63,778 nt of DNA, filler included, from Octopus bimaculoides (GCF_001194135.2; 8 parts of 8 records of this genome joined end to end with filler, not necessarily neighbours in it), one strand, 5' to 3'; positions 38,527 to 51,736 are shown, counted from the whole stretch's first letter. The notes: a model not told the origin generated them from the letters alone. Program-made: numbers and translations.

Positions 38527-41500
38527 TTTTGTTTCAGCACACGATCTCAGATCAGGTCACTTGCTATACAAGTACATCTCCGTAACATAGTAAAATTTTT
38601 TTAAATATTGAAAAATTATGAATGGCAGAAGACACGAGCCCATGGTACTGCCTAGTGGACTTGAGCCTACAACCACATCATTGTGAACTGAACATCTATG
38701 CAACACAGCCAAGCCTACACCTTTATTTAATACTGAGACTTAAATTACACTACAAACCTTTTACAATAAAAAAAAAAACAAGGATTTTCTTCATAACTAT
38801 CAGGTATCAACTAAGTTTATTGTGTCAAGTCTTTGTTATAAACTAAGCCAAGGGCTGAAAGTCACAAAAAAGTTTTTTTTTAAATGGCACACGCCCCTCC
38901 CCCCACCTCCAGCTTGTCATTCCCTGCAGTGCCACACTTAGACGATGTAGAAGGCATCAGGATCATATTAATGTCCATAGCATATCAAAAAACAATACTG
39001 ATACACACAGAAATATATTGGACAACATCCAAGAGGGAACCATTTAACTGATTTGTAAAGATTCATGTCCCAACTCAAGACAACCTGTATGTGGCTACAA
39101 ACTTTCCTAGAAATAGATGACAAACCTCTCTCAAACTGAACTCTTACTATCTTAAATGATGAGAAGTCACACTGAATAATGTAGCCTTAAGTTTACTTTT
39201 TAAAGCTGTGGTTCACAACCATTTTTCTTTTCTGTGGGCCCCTTTTCAGTTTCCATCTACCAAATCCACCTACAAGGCTTTGGTTGGCCAGAAGCTGTAG
39301 TAGAAAGCACTTGCTCAATGTGCTATGAAGTGGGACTGAACCCAGAACCATATGGTTGGGAAGCAAACGTCTTACCACATAGCCATGCCTGTACTTATGT
39401 TGAGGAAAACAACATTGCATTCACAAAATTTCTTGAAAGTAGGAGCCTACTGGTTAGTAATATAGGAAAGTAGATCTCCAACAAAGAGCTAACAGCAAAA
39501 ATAAATGTTTTCTCTTTACGAATATTGCTTAGAACCATAATGGTTGTTGAAAAATGGAAGAAAGGAGGATTCCACACAGTTTTTAAAGATCCTTTTGGTA
39601 AATGACTAAAAAGATCAGCCACAGTTTAGAAGTCAGCTGTGTGTGTGTATGATACATGGAGACATCCTTCATAGTTTGGATGAGGGTCTGCAGGACCTTC
39701 AGTGTTGGATGATAAGAGCTGTCTTTATATCAAATTCCTTCTGGTACATGTTGTATGCCACTGAATGATTCACTGGAAACCTGTAACCAGTGATGGTATT
39801 ATTCTCAAAATACATGATGTAAAATATATAAAGTGTGACAATTCATGTTGAAGCTTTTCTTTTTCTTTGGTGTTCTTCTGTATTTTGCATTTGATAAGGG
39901 CAGATGGAAGAAATTGATTGATTTTGTTTTGATATGAAAGGACAAAAAAAAAAAAGCAAATATTTAAATACAAAGAAAAAGAAAACATTTGTTCCTCACC
40001 TGGATTTGATTTTTTTGTATTTGTATTTGTTTGTTGATAGTTTACTTTAATAGCAATTTCTGTGTTTGCGAACATGAGCATGCAAACCACACAACTACAG
40101 ACACACTTAAGCATACATAAACATGTACATAGGAAGAAAAAAAATCCAGATACATATATTGGCATATTTGAGATAAATAAGCCTAAAAATCGATTAAAAC
40201 AAACTTTACATATATTACTTTAAAAAAAATAAATCAATATGAAAAAATTGATTTTTGTTATAAAACATTTATTCTTTTCATGCTTTTTTATTGTTTTATT
40301 TATCTTTTAAAATATTTTTAATGTTTTGGTTTCAGTTTTTACATTAGTTGGAAAGAAATCAAAATATATTGAAGACTTATTGTATTGCTCAGGAAATTTA
40401 AACATGAACTTGGAATCTTGCATTTTTGACTTTGTAATTTCATTTTTCTGGTAGACTCCATTACAATATTAATGTAGACATTTAATGCTATTCATATCGA
40501 AAAAGGTAACACAATCCTTTCTAAACTGACATATGGTACTAATTTTCATTAATAGCGTACGTAATCTTTTAAACAACTCATGAAGAAAGAAAAAAAATTC
40601 ATTATAATAAATAATTTTATGTTAATTTGATTAATCCGAAAGATAGAATTAACAACTTTAAATTAACACAGAAATATATAGCTTAAAAGATTTTCTAAAA
40701 AATATGGGGAAAATTAAATCATTTCTCCCCACCTATTTTTTATTTAAGAGTTTTTGTTAAAAAATAATAAACTGGAGAATAAGTCAGTTAGAAGTGTTGA
40801 GCTCTTTTATATACCATTAAACATATTTCATAAAATGATATCTCTTCCTGAAAAACTGAACTGTTTTGATTTTTCTCTCTTCATAATTATGTAGTTAATT
40901 ATTTGAAAAGCAAAAAGTCACGTAAGATCTTTTCCTATAGATCTCATTATCTCATTTTTTTCTTTTAAGATTGCAGTACTTTTGTTTGTTGTATCATAAT
41001 GGAGCAGGGGGGGAATAAGCTGATATTCATAAGGCCTCAAGGGATAAAGAACATTTTGATAGATATTGCACCCATTTCCATAACATTTCTGGAAGAATTC
41101 CATAAGAAATTACTACAGGTAGAACAAGATTCGAAACGGCAATTATCCCATTCCTAATTGGAGTCTTAAAAATTGAATTAAATACATAATGGATACTTGA
41201 AGAAGAATATGTTTAGACTTGAAAGGGTTTTCTGTTGCTCAGGAGCCTTGGTCAGAAATATTTCAGTTTAACCATTATATTATGCAAAGACAGAGAACTG
41301 AGATTTGTTACCATCATTAAATCTCTCCTTTTTTTTTTCAATAACTTTGGTATATTGAGATACATTTTTTAGCATATAATATAATTTTATATGATATAAT
41401 TAAAATTATAATATGTTGTGTATTATAATGTATAATTTTACAATATTATATATTATAATAATATATAACAGACACAAGAAATTATTTTCAATTACATATA

Positions 41501-42310
41501 AATCTTTTAAATTTGCAAGTTGTCTTAAAAGACCGTTTTCTCTGTAGAATTCTTTTTAGGTGACATATTTGCTTCTGTCACAAAGACCATTTGTTGTGTG
41601 TTTTTCTGATGTATAAGCATCATAAAACTTAGCTTATAAAACTTTAACAGAAGGAATAGTCTGTTTAATCTTCAGTTAATGTACAGATATTTCTCTGATG
41701 ATATTTGTTCCATTTATCAGTTATATTATTTAAAGAAAAAAAAAACATGACAGAAAACAATAAATAACCAGTTAATCAAAATGAAGACCTTATACATCTA
41801 AAATGATATCGATAATATTGTTTTATACCCCTTTATCCATTGATTCAAAGGAGTTAGGGATCTTTTTGCCATATATATAGTAAACCAGTGTCTTCTTATT
41901 TATTCTTTGTATCTCTTGATATAAAATGACATTTGTAAGAAGCTGCTGATGGTTAAATATCTTGGGGAAATAAATAGACGTGCTTCCTCTACAATTACAT
42001 TTTTAATTAAAAAACATATATGATGGCTAAATATTAATGAGTTAAATATAATAAAGCTACTTTATAATACTTTGTGTTGATTATGGATTGTTTGAATTAA
42101 AAAGGTATGACATTATTGTCATATCATATGCATCAGTCTTAACTGATGGTTCTATCTTATATACTTATTACTTTTCTGAAATGATAACCTTATAATTGTT
42201 CTACTATAAGGATATCTTTAAAAAAATAAATATCAGCAGTAATAGTAATAATAACGATAATGATAATAATAATAATAACTGTAATAAAGGCTTAATTGTT
42301 TTTGAGAGTC

Positions 42311-42441
42311 CTATACAAAAACAGTTCCATTTGAATTATCTGTATATGTTGGTTTCATTTTAGCCACATTGTCACTTTGTTCAGTACTTGTTGAGGAGGA
42401 CATTGCCAATGATTGGTCACTTGGTTCACCAATACTGCCTT
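42311..42441 (-). CDS. Probable terminal coding exon of the unidentified acidic-protein gene
   Basis: Strong T-tract + ccag| acceptor; phase 1 matches the end of the 47491-49239 exon; (E)GSIGEPSDQSLAMSSSTSTEQSDNVAKMKPTYTDNSNGTVFV*; followed by about 2.5 kb of repeat-poor AT-rich DNA. Confidence 0.6.
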
Positions 42442-43024
42442 CTGGACAAGACAAAAAAAAAAAAAATTAAATATCATCTTTATATTTTTCAGACAACAAA
42501 ACTCAACATCTCTTAGAATATCGAAAAAATATTTGGTACATAATACACTGTATTTGAAGGCATAAAAGACACATGGGCATATTAGATGCACTACAATTTC
42601 AGTAGTGCATATTTATAAAAAAAAAAGTGAGTATAAGGGACAAAATTAACTTATGAGAGGCCCAATTTCACATTTTGGCCCCAGGGTGACATTTTGAAAC
42701 TTTTTTTTTAAAAGTGTATCTTCTATGCCATCAAATATGATAATATATAAATTAACATTTCAATAAACTTCTTTTGGTTATAAATTGAATTTTCCAATTT
42801 AAAATACTTTTATCACACATACCCTATTTATAATACTTTAATATAATAAAGCTACTTTAATACAATTAAGCATATGTTGATTACACAATGATTTTTCTGC
42901 ACATGGTGAGAAATTCTGAATAACAATGAAGTGAGTCATTGACTTTAAACAATTAAATAAACTCAGTTACATATATCAAATATTTGATCTTGTGTTTTCT
43001 TACCTAAACTTAATACCTATATAT

Positions 43025-43310
43025 ACTTTTATCTTTTACTTGTTTCAGTCATTGGACTGTGGCCATACCAAGGGTTTAGCTGAACAAATCAACCCAGTAC
43101 TAGCTTTTTATCACCAATAAGTTTTTAACCAGTAAGTTATGGGGATGTAAATAAACCAACACTGGTTGTCAAGCAGTGATGAGAGAAAAACATACATACA
43201 TGCTTTCACAGTTTCTTTCAAACTCACTCACAAAGCATTGGTCAGCCCGAGGCTGTAGTAGAAGACACCACAGTGGGATTGAACCTGAAACCATATGGTT
43301 TGCAAGGCAG
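43025..43310 (-). mobile_element. SINE family 1, diverged
   Basis: Tail and core match. Confidence 0.7.
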
Positions 43311-44514
43311 GTTAACAAAGACAAATAAAGGTATATTGAAAATACCAGACAAGATGAATTGTTGATTTATTGAAATTATTTTTAAGAGAAAGTAAACAAA
43401 TGCTTAGTAGCAATTGCAATTGACTTCAAAGGAAAAATGGAAGTAAACTCCACTTGTTTCATTTTAATTCTATAGCAATAAATAAATCTATCCTGGTTAA
43501 GATGTCAATTCAAATAACATAATATTCCTAGATAATCTGGTACCTGCTATGAACAGCAAATACAATCCAGCTTTGTAGAATTTAAGTGTTGCACTCAAAT
43601 ACACAATAAAACATAAGTATTGGATTTTAACTTAATACTTATGAGGGGGTAGGTTAATTCCATAATCACCTGGAATGGCGCTTCTACTATACATAGAGAC
43701 AGATATGAAAACAAAAGGTTGCTACCCAACTTATTGGCATGAAATGACTCACTGACACAAATTACAGGGTGTCTCTTAAATGTGCTTCTTTATCTACTGA
43801 TGGTGCCAAAGTTGGACAGGAGATACATTGAGGTAAGAAGTGTAAGTAACATTCAAAGTAGTATGGGTCACCTGACCATCAAACATGAAGCAAACCACTC
43901 CAGGAGTCAAACCAAACTGGATCAATAAATGCTCTGGCTAAAGCTTCTAAATGAAAATCATTATATCAAGATGCCTCTTTGCCAGAGGAGATGTTGAAAA
44001 AACTGCAGGTTTTGTGACTTAATCCAAATGAGGAGACCGATTTTAAAATTTATGAAGTGTAAGTTAAGATTGAATGTCTATGATTAAATAATAGTCAGTG
44101 AAACCTGTAAGCAGGCTTTCACATCAGTGTGTGGGGACCCTTGCACTGTAAAGCTGTCGAGAAAAAAGTCCCAAAATGGTGCACATGCTCTCTTGATGAC
44201 CCCTGAAGCCTAATGGAGTTTGGTATGTGAAGCTTTCAATTGGCAGTATTTGCACAAACAAGGTTTTTGCAAGTCACCCTTCAGCTCCTCAGAACTGAAT
44301 GATCTCAGGACACCTCTACTCGGACTCAGCTGACTCACTTGTGTTTTGTCTTATCATCATTCATATTGTGTTCACTCACAAAGCACCATAAATCTAGTCC
44401 ATCCGTCTTTCTCAGAATGTTGTCCCTCTTGAAATTTCTTCCTTGCTCATATTTTTTCCTACAGTGATCAAATTCATAAATTCTTTATGTATTGATTTTA
44501 CATTTCCTTTGAAA

Positions 44515-45120
44515 TGTAGTGGCAGTGTGGTAAGTACCTTGCTTACCAACCACATGGCTCCAGGTTCAGTCCCACTGCCTGGTACCTTGGGCAAGTGTCT
44601 TCTACTATAGCCTCAGGCTGACCAAAGCCTTGTGAGTAGATTTGGTAGACAGAAACTGAAAGAAGCCTGTCTTATATATATATATATATATATATNNNNN
44701 NNNNNNNNNNNNNNNNNNNNNNNNNNNNNNNNNNNNNNNAAAAACAAATAGTAAATGAGTATATGCATATATACGTACAAGTATGTGCATACCGACATCC
44801 ACCTGTATGTATAGGTGCATATCTGGGTACAGGACATTGCAAACAAAACATAGACGAGAAAACACACAAGCCACATAGAGAACATTCTACTTCATCAGCT
44901 ACCCCCGTTTTAACACCGGCGGTGTGTCGGTCTGTCTGTCTGTCTGTCCCCCAACAATCACTTGACAACAGATGTTGGTGTGTTTACATCCCCATAACTT
45001 AGCAGTTCAGCAAAAGAGTCCAATAGAATAAGTACTAGGCTTACAAAGAATAAGTCCTGGGGTTGATTTGTTCAACTAAAAACAGTACTCCAGCATGGCT
45101 GCAGTCAAATGACTGAAACA
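44515..45120 (+). mobile_element. SINE family 1, split by a gap and an insertion
   Basis: Head at 44515-44670 and tail at 44940-45120. Confidence 0.75.
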
Positions 45121-45205
45121 AATGTTTGGTGACAGATGTGACCAACTTTGAAAAGGGGAGATAATTTACAAGATCAAAAACTCTCTGTAATTGACATGCA
45201 ATTAA

Positions 45206-45270
45206 GGATAAGACAGCTGTGGACATGTTTCTGCCTCAATAAGCATCATCAGCACAGCAGTTGTCTTACC
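45206..45270 (-). ncRNA. Minimal type-I hammerhead ribozyme, apparently intact
   Basis: GCUGUG-CUGAUGA-UGCUU(AUUG)AGGCA-GAAA-C(AU)G-UC^-CACAGC. Stem I is 6 bp with a further distal helix, stem II is 5 bp, stem III is the palindrome ACAUGU, and the GUC cleavage site falls between 45222 and 45221. Confidence 0.8.
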
Positions 45271-47490
45271 TTGATTCCAGTAGACCTAAGACTTATACAT
45301 ATACTGAAAGAATGTGTATGCATACATACACTTTGAGTGTGTGTGTGTGTGTGTTAGATAATTACGCATAAATTCTCTTACAAATAGTTAAATTGAAAAG
45401 TGATCCTATTTGAACAAACAAAACTAAAAGAGAACATTAACTAAGTTCATTAAGTTATTCTTAGACAAACTTCAAATGCCATGGGCTGAGCCCACTCCTT
45501 CATACCAAACAATACCAAAAAAGATAATAAAAACTTGGCCATGCTGCTGTCACTAATAAATGTGATGATAAAGGTCAGTTCATCATTTTAAGTGCAACTG
45601 GTGATTAATATATTTTTTAAATGTTATATTATTTTGTATTTCTGAGTGCATATTATTTGATATGTCTAGTTTAAAGAGAAAGATCAACTCCACTACGGTT
45701 ACTCATTTCAGGTATACTGCAACTACAGCTAATGCTACATGAAGACAGACTTCTGTGGTGATCCAACAGTCCAATACACTACAATAGATTATAATGAACT
45801 CACCATTATGTTATGTGTGTATATNNNNNNNNNNTTGCCTTTTGCCAACTTATAACAAAAACAATTTAGCATTAAACTGAAGAATTACTCAATACTTTTT
45901 GTAGAGTACATATTTCTTATAGTTTTATAAGAAGTGGAGTAATATTGACTTTGAAGTTATGGCCTGCTAGTCTTTGTCAGATGAAGGCCAGCAGGCCTAA
46001 ACTTAGAAGTTACTATCACCCCTCTTCTAAAAATATTATCTATCTATTTATTTATCTACATGTACTTTATTTAAGGTTTAACAAGGCTACCATTGGTTTC
46101 ATGCAATTATCAAGCCGTTCACATGGAACATTGGTACTTGCCTCTATTTTAGATGAGAATATATATATATAATTTACATTTTGACCAAATACTACAAGAA
46201 GCATTAGAATCAAATTTGAAAGGTACAAAATTATGATAAAATAGGATTTTAGTGAATGTTTTATATAATTCAGGATTTTAATAAACACAATAAAAACTTA
46301 TTAAAAATATTGCAGCTTCATATATTGGATTTTCCTTTTCTTTTTTCCTGAGGAAATAGAAATGTTGTATTTGTAAATAAAATTAATTAAATCTGGATGA
46401 AAACTTTCTCAAGTGCAGTATTAAGTAGAAAAGCCTGTTGTAAATATTACCACAAAAAGAACATGTTAAAAGCCAATATAATATATTTAAAAAATAAAAA
46501 GTAATAGTAACTATAATTTATTTCTTTTCAGTGAGAAGATGATAAATACAACTATTAATGAGGTGAGGAAAAAAAGCCAATTTATAGCCAAAGCAGAGTT
46601 GAAATTTGTGAAAGCATTGAAGCTAGGTGTGAAGCTGTGAAAAGCTTAGCTAAGCAAAGAAGCTGAAGAAGAACAAGGAGAATTAAGCAAAGCTTGTGTC
46701 TTGTAGAAATAAAGTGAAAAAGAAAAAAAAAACAGACAAAAAAATCCCAGACAAAAACAAAAAAAAAAACAGACAAAAACAAAAAAAAAACCTATATTTT
46801 TCTAGGACGCTATACCTAGGCAAGGCATTGACAAATGTTACAGAGACAACAATGGTGATCAATTGTTATTGATATATTTATGTTCCAGCTTGAGTCATTC
46901 TTTTATAATACACTGTATGTACATATGTATACTACATTGACATATAAATGTGTGTGTGTGTGTGTGTGTGTGTATACATACATGTGCATGTATTACTGTC
47001 AGTCATTCTATAGGAGAATGAAGAACTGGTGAATAGACTCTAGAAAGGCTGTCATGAGTAATACAAAGTTCCAGTTAATAATATTTTGGCGGTCCTGCAA
47101 CTCTACTTGACAAACTCTTTAAAGTTTGGGTCAAGGAAGTCAAAATTATTTGAGGCTAATTAGTTTTTACAAATTCCCCACCACCAGCTTAAAAATCAAC
47201 TCTTAGTAAGTTGGCAATTCTTGGAAATCAACTAAAACTATGATATACTTTAAAAAAAAAAATGTTTACCAGCTGAAAATATAGACAATTAATGAGATAA
47301 AACCTGCTAATAAATAAAGCTGGAAGTATTATTTTGTTGATATGTTAGCATTAATGTAATTTAACCTTTAATCCTTAATAATACATAAATCATTCACAAA
47401 TAAAGAGAGACAAAAACAAAAAATATACAAATAAACCTGTTGTGTAACTAAATAACAATTATATAAATATAAAGTGTTTGTATATCTCAC

Positions 47491-49239
47491 CTTCATCGTT
47501 GGTATTAGAATTCTGGAAATTATTAATTTCTATATTGTTCACCTTGCTTTCTTCAGTATTATTTACTGGATGCAGTGTTGTCTCCCCTGAGAGATCTTCT
47601 GCATCTAAGTCTGTTGTCATTATTTCTACAGATGGTCCCTTTGCTTTAGCTTCCTCCATCATCCGAATGGTTTCCAGTAAAATTTCTGGGTCAGACATAT
47701 TTCTTTCATTAAGGTTAATCTTATATTGTGGTTCCTTGTTATCTGTATTTTCAGTTAACTCTGAATGATTCAAACCTTCATTGACTGAACTGTCTGGTAC
47801 TAATTCCTCAACTGTTGCATCCATTACTTTTGTAATATCCTCTTCTATTGCTGCTTCATCAGAGCACGTCTCACCTGAGCGATCTTGATGGTTTGATTCT
47901 ACAAAACATACCGTTTCACTTGCAGATAACATTGATGAGATATGATGGATGTCCTCATCCAGATGATCTCTTACTTCATTAATGCTTTCATCAAATTTTG
48001 ATGTTTTGGAATCTAATGAGACATCGTCATCATTTGGTATTTGCATCTGATGTGTGATTTCTTGATCGACAATCTGACCGTCACTCTCCTCTAATGCACA
48101 CACAGTTTTGTCACCATTGTTCAAAATGGTTTCTTCTGAATTTACATCTTTGATTTTAAACATCATCTCAGTTTGGATGACCAGATTAGATGGTGCTACT
48201 TCAGGTTCGTTTTTAATTTCACTCTCTACCTGCTCTGTGGTATATTCAATTTCTGTTACTTCAGCTACTTCTTGTTTTACTGCATCTTGTATTTCAATCT
48301 CATCTTTTCTGCTATCTTGTAATGGAGAGCTAGCATCAAGAGATAAAGAAGAAATTTCACACTCATCATCTTTGGGTTCATGACTTTCAAGACTTTCCAA
48401 ATTTGCTGAAGTCTCTTGGGCGTTAGTAAATGTAATGTCAGGATTGGTCTGGGTACTAGCAATGAAATCAGTGTTTGTTGTATGTTCATCTTCTTTGATG
48501 TTATGACAGTCATCTACATGTACAGCCACTCCAACTGTTGATTCTTCTGTCTCTGATTCTCCTTTACTCTCAAGATTTAAAGCATCATTATCAGATGACA
48601 CAACTATTTTATTATCATTTTCTTCTTCAGTTTGATTGACAGGGACGACATTTTCTGAATGTTCTACCAAATCCTCATCTTCTTTGAAGTTCGGACATAC
48701 CTCTGTAACTTCAACAGTTGATGTATGAATAATTTCATTTATTCCATCCCCCTTTTCATTACAATCCTCTTGTGATTCTTTTAAGTCATCTTTCTTTTCA
48801 TTTAAATCTATTTGTGCTTCTTTTAAATCATCCAGTTTTACATCTTCACTTTCTTTTAAGATGTCCTGTTTTTCATTTATCATTTCTTTTAAATCATCAT
48901 GATTTTCTTTTAAGTCATCTTGTTTTTCAATTAAGCCATCCTGCTTTTCAACTGATTCAACTTGCTTTTCAATTGAGTCATCTTGTTTTTCATTGATGTC
49001 TCCCTTTATTTCTTTCAAGTCATGTATTTCATCATCTAATTTATCATGTTTCTTGCTCAGGTTACTTTCTTCTTGATCCTTATTTTCAAGTGGTAGGTCA
49101 GATGTATTATTCAAGGGTTCGCTACCATCCTTTGATATACTGTCAGTGAGATTATTAGCAATGCAGCTACTGGAGCTACGATCTGCTGTAGTTGAATTGT
49201 CATCAGAAATAACATCTTGTAAATGATTTTCAACATTTT
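47491..49239 (-). CDS. Large internal exon (1749 nt) encoding an Asp/Glu-rich low-complexity region with 7-aa repeats; gene unidentified
   Basis: Stop-free frame of about 583 codons in very AT-rich DNA; ttttacag| acceptor at 49240 and g|gtgaga donor at 47490; phase 1 at both ends; EKQDDLK-type heptads near the N-terminus. Confidence 0.85.
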
Positions 49240-50185
49240 CTGTAAAATAATTGGACTTTTAATAAAACAATCTCAGGTTATAGCTGAAGAAATAATGTTA
49301 ACATCTAAATTTGGCACAAGTTCACACATAAAAAAAAAAAATCAATTTGCTTGATCCAAACACATTACTGGTACTTATTTTACCAGTCCTTAGGAGGATC
49401 AAAGGTAAAGCTGACCATGACTATTTGAACTCAAAATATAAAAAGAGATTTAAATAATGTCACAAAACATTCTGTGTGGTACTTAACTGACTGTGCTATT
49501 CACCTTTCTATAAATATGAAAAATGATAATATTGTATACAGTGCTCAGATGCACATCAGAAAAATAGCTGAAAGTGCATGAACAGTATACAGAAAAATGC
49601 ACAGGAAGAGAACAGTGGATGAGTCATTAAAAAAAGTAAGGGGTGACATCAGGTGTACTGCTGGCGGATTTCAGGAGTATGGAAGTTTTGAAGGATGTAG
49701 TGTCTCAACAGCTAACAACTGATGTAGGTAGTTTATTTTGAGCATGAAAAAATGTTTCTGAAAGTCATGGGTGCTGTGTTGTTTTTTTTTTATTTTGTAA
49801 GCATGTCCGTGAGTGTTAGAGATACTGGAATTCAAAAAAGGTGCCCAAGGGTGTTCATGGAAAGATGGTGGATAATCTTGTGCGTGTCTACCAAGTCAGT
49901 TCTGAGCTTTAATGTAAAGTCTTTTGTTACCATATTTCTGTTAAAGTGTATTTGCCATTCAATTAATTTTGAAAATAATAAAGAATTCATTAAAATAACT
50001 ATGTCATTATTAAATTTATTTAAATTAAGTATTTAGAACATAAATTAGCATAAAATTTTCGAGGAAGATTTTTTTTAAGTGAAGGTCACTTAAAAGCAGG
50101 GAGTTTGAATCATAAAACTAGGACTGGTTTCAAAAAGGTTAAGAATGATTTTCAACATCTTAGACATAATACCAAAAATTTCGAT

Positions 50186-50230
50186 TGAACTAGTACTTTC
50201 ATGCATTAAACTATGCAATCTTCAGGTTCA
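50186..50230 (-). ncRNA. Minimal hammerhead motif (left arm of 76-bp hairpin)
   Basis: UGAAC-CUGAAGA-U-UGCAU(AGUUUA)AUGCA-U-GAAA-G(UA)C-UA^-GUUCA; palindromic stem III AGUACU; U.U in place of the usual 10.1-11.1 pair. Confidence 0.6.
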
Positions 50231-50297
50231 TGTAGTAGTGGTGATAGTTATGTTTTACTATTTACAACTGTAAAACATAACTGTCACCACTACTCCA

Positions 50298-50342
50298 TGA
50301 ACCTGAAGATTGCATAATTTAATGCATGAAAGTACTAGTTCA
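50298..50342 (+). ncRNA. Minimal hammerhead motif (right arm of 76-bp hairpin)
   Basis: UGAAC-CUGAAGA-U-UGCAU(AAUUUA)AUGCA-U-GAAA-G(UA)C-UA^-GUUCA. Confidence 0.6.
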
Positions 50343-50504
50343 ATCAGAATGGACATTTAATATTCTATCATTTCATTATATAATCTTATATTATATTATA
50401 TTAATATAAGATTGTAAATAAAATGTGAAAATCAGACAAGGTTGGAATTTCTTTGAGTAATATATTCTTCTATACACAATCATACACACCCGTGTGTGTG
50501 TCGT

Positions 50505-50780
50505 CATTGTTTAACGTCCGCTTTCCATGCTAGCATGGGTTGGACGATTTGACTGAGGACTGGTGAACCAGGTGGCTACACCAGGCTCCAATCTTATTTG
50601 GCAGAGTTTCTACAGCTGGATGCCCTTCCTAATGCCAACCACTCAGAGAGTGTAGTGGATGCTTTTACGTGTCACCCGCATGAAGGCCAGTCAGGCGGTA
50701 CTGGCAACGGCCACGCTCAAAATGGTGTATTTTATGTGCCACCTGCACAAGAGCCAGTCCAGGGGCACTGGCAACGATCA
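50505..50780. mobile_element. Interspersed repeat family 4 (LINE-tail/SINE-like); relatives at 24510-24600, 29360-29530, 30055-30250
   Basis: tttaacgtc(c/t)gctttccatgctagcatgggttggacg..ctacagctggatgcccttcctaa. Confidence 0.75.
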
Positions 50781-50874
50781 TATATATATATATGTATATG
50801 CATGCATGTATGTATGTATATGTATGCATGTATGCATTATGCATGTATGTGTGTGTGTATGTATGTATGTATGT

Positions 50875-50974
50875 NNNNNNNNNNNNNNNNNNNNNNNNNN
50901 NNNNNNNNNNNNNNNNNNTTAATTAATTAANNNNNNNNNNNNNNNNNNNNNNNNNNNNNNNNNNNNNNNNNNNN
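50875..50974. other. Artificial 100-bp join spacer
   Basis: 44 N + TTAATTAATTAA + 44 N. Confidence 0.95.
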
Positions 50975-51029
50975 ATATATATATATATATATAAATATAT
51001 ATATATATACACACACACATATATATATA

Positions 51030-51234
51030 CACTCTTACTTGTTTCAGTCATTTGACTGTGGCCATGCTGGAGCACCGCCTTTAGTGGAGCAAATCAACCC
51101 CCAGAGCTTGTTCTTTGTAAACTTGGTACTTATTCTACCGGTCTCTTTTGCCAAACCGCTAAGTTACGGGGACATAAGCACACCAACATCAGTTGTCAAC
51201 TGATGGTGCGGGGGACAAACACAGACACACAAAC

Positions 51235-51267
<33 letters not shown>

Positions 51268-51736
51268 CGACGGGCTTCTTCCAGATTCCATCTACCAAAT
51301 CATATATAAGAAGCCCATCGTTTTTATATACACACATATATATATATGGGAGAATGTACGAAAAACAACAACAGACGAGGACTGGTGGTGTAAACAACAA
51401 AAGGATGTATTAGTTTAACGCTCGGGAATACAGAAAGTCTTTAACGTTTCGAGCTACGCTCTTCAATGGAAAGAATAAGGAGAAAAACAAGGAGAAAAAC
51501 AAGGAGAAAAACACGGAGAAAAAAATTGAATGGTGTTTGGTCAAAGATCTATCATGATGTATATAAATAAATAAACAATGGGATTTTTTCAGTTTCCATC
51601 TACCAAATCCACTCACAAGGCTTTCGTCGGCCGAAGGCTATAGTAGAAGACACCTACCCAAGGTGCCACGCAGTGGGACTGAACCTGGAACCATGTGGTT
51701 GGGAAGCGAGCTTCTTACCACACAGCCACTCCTGCA
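51030..51736 (-). mobile_element. SINE family 1 (tail 51030-51300, head 51575-51736) with a PLE pLTR-like fragment between
   Basis: Family match on both sides of 51340-51570. Confidence 0.75.

Larger units (their letters stand above)
50183..50345. repeat. Inverted repeat, 76-bp arms (3 mismatches) and 11-nt loop
   Basis: 50183-50258 versus 50270-50345. Confidence 0.95.

Noticed and set aside
33011-49239. Acidic exon spliced to the ATP1B exon as one gene
   Set aside because: A phase-matched stop-containing exon at 42311-42441 and a UTR-like region intervene, and the phases (1 versus 2) do not join directly
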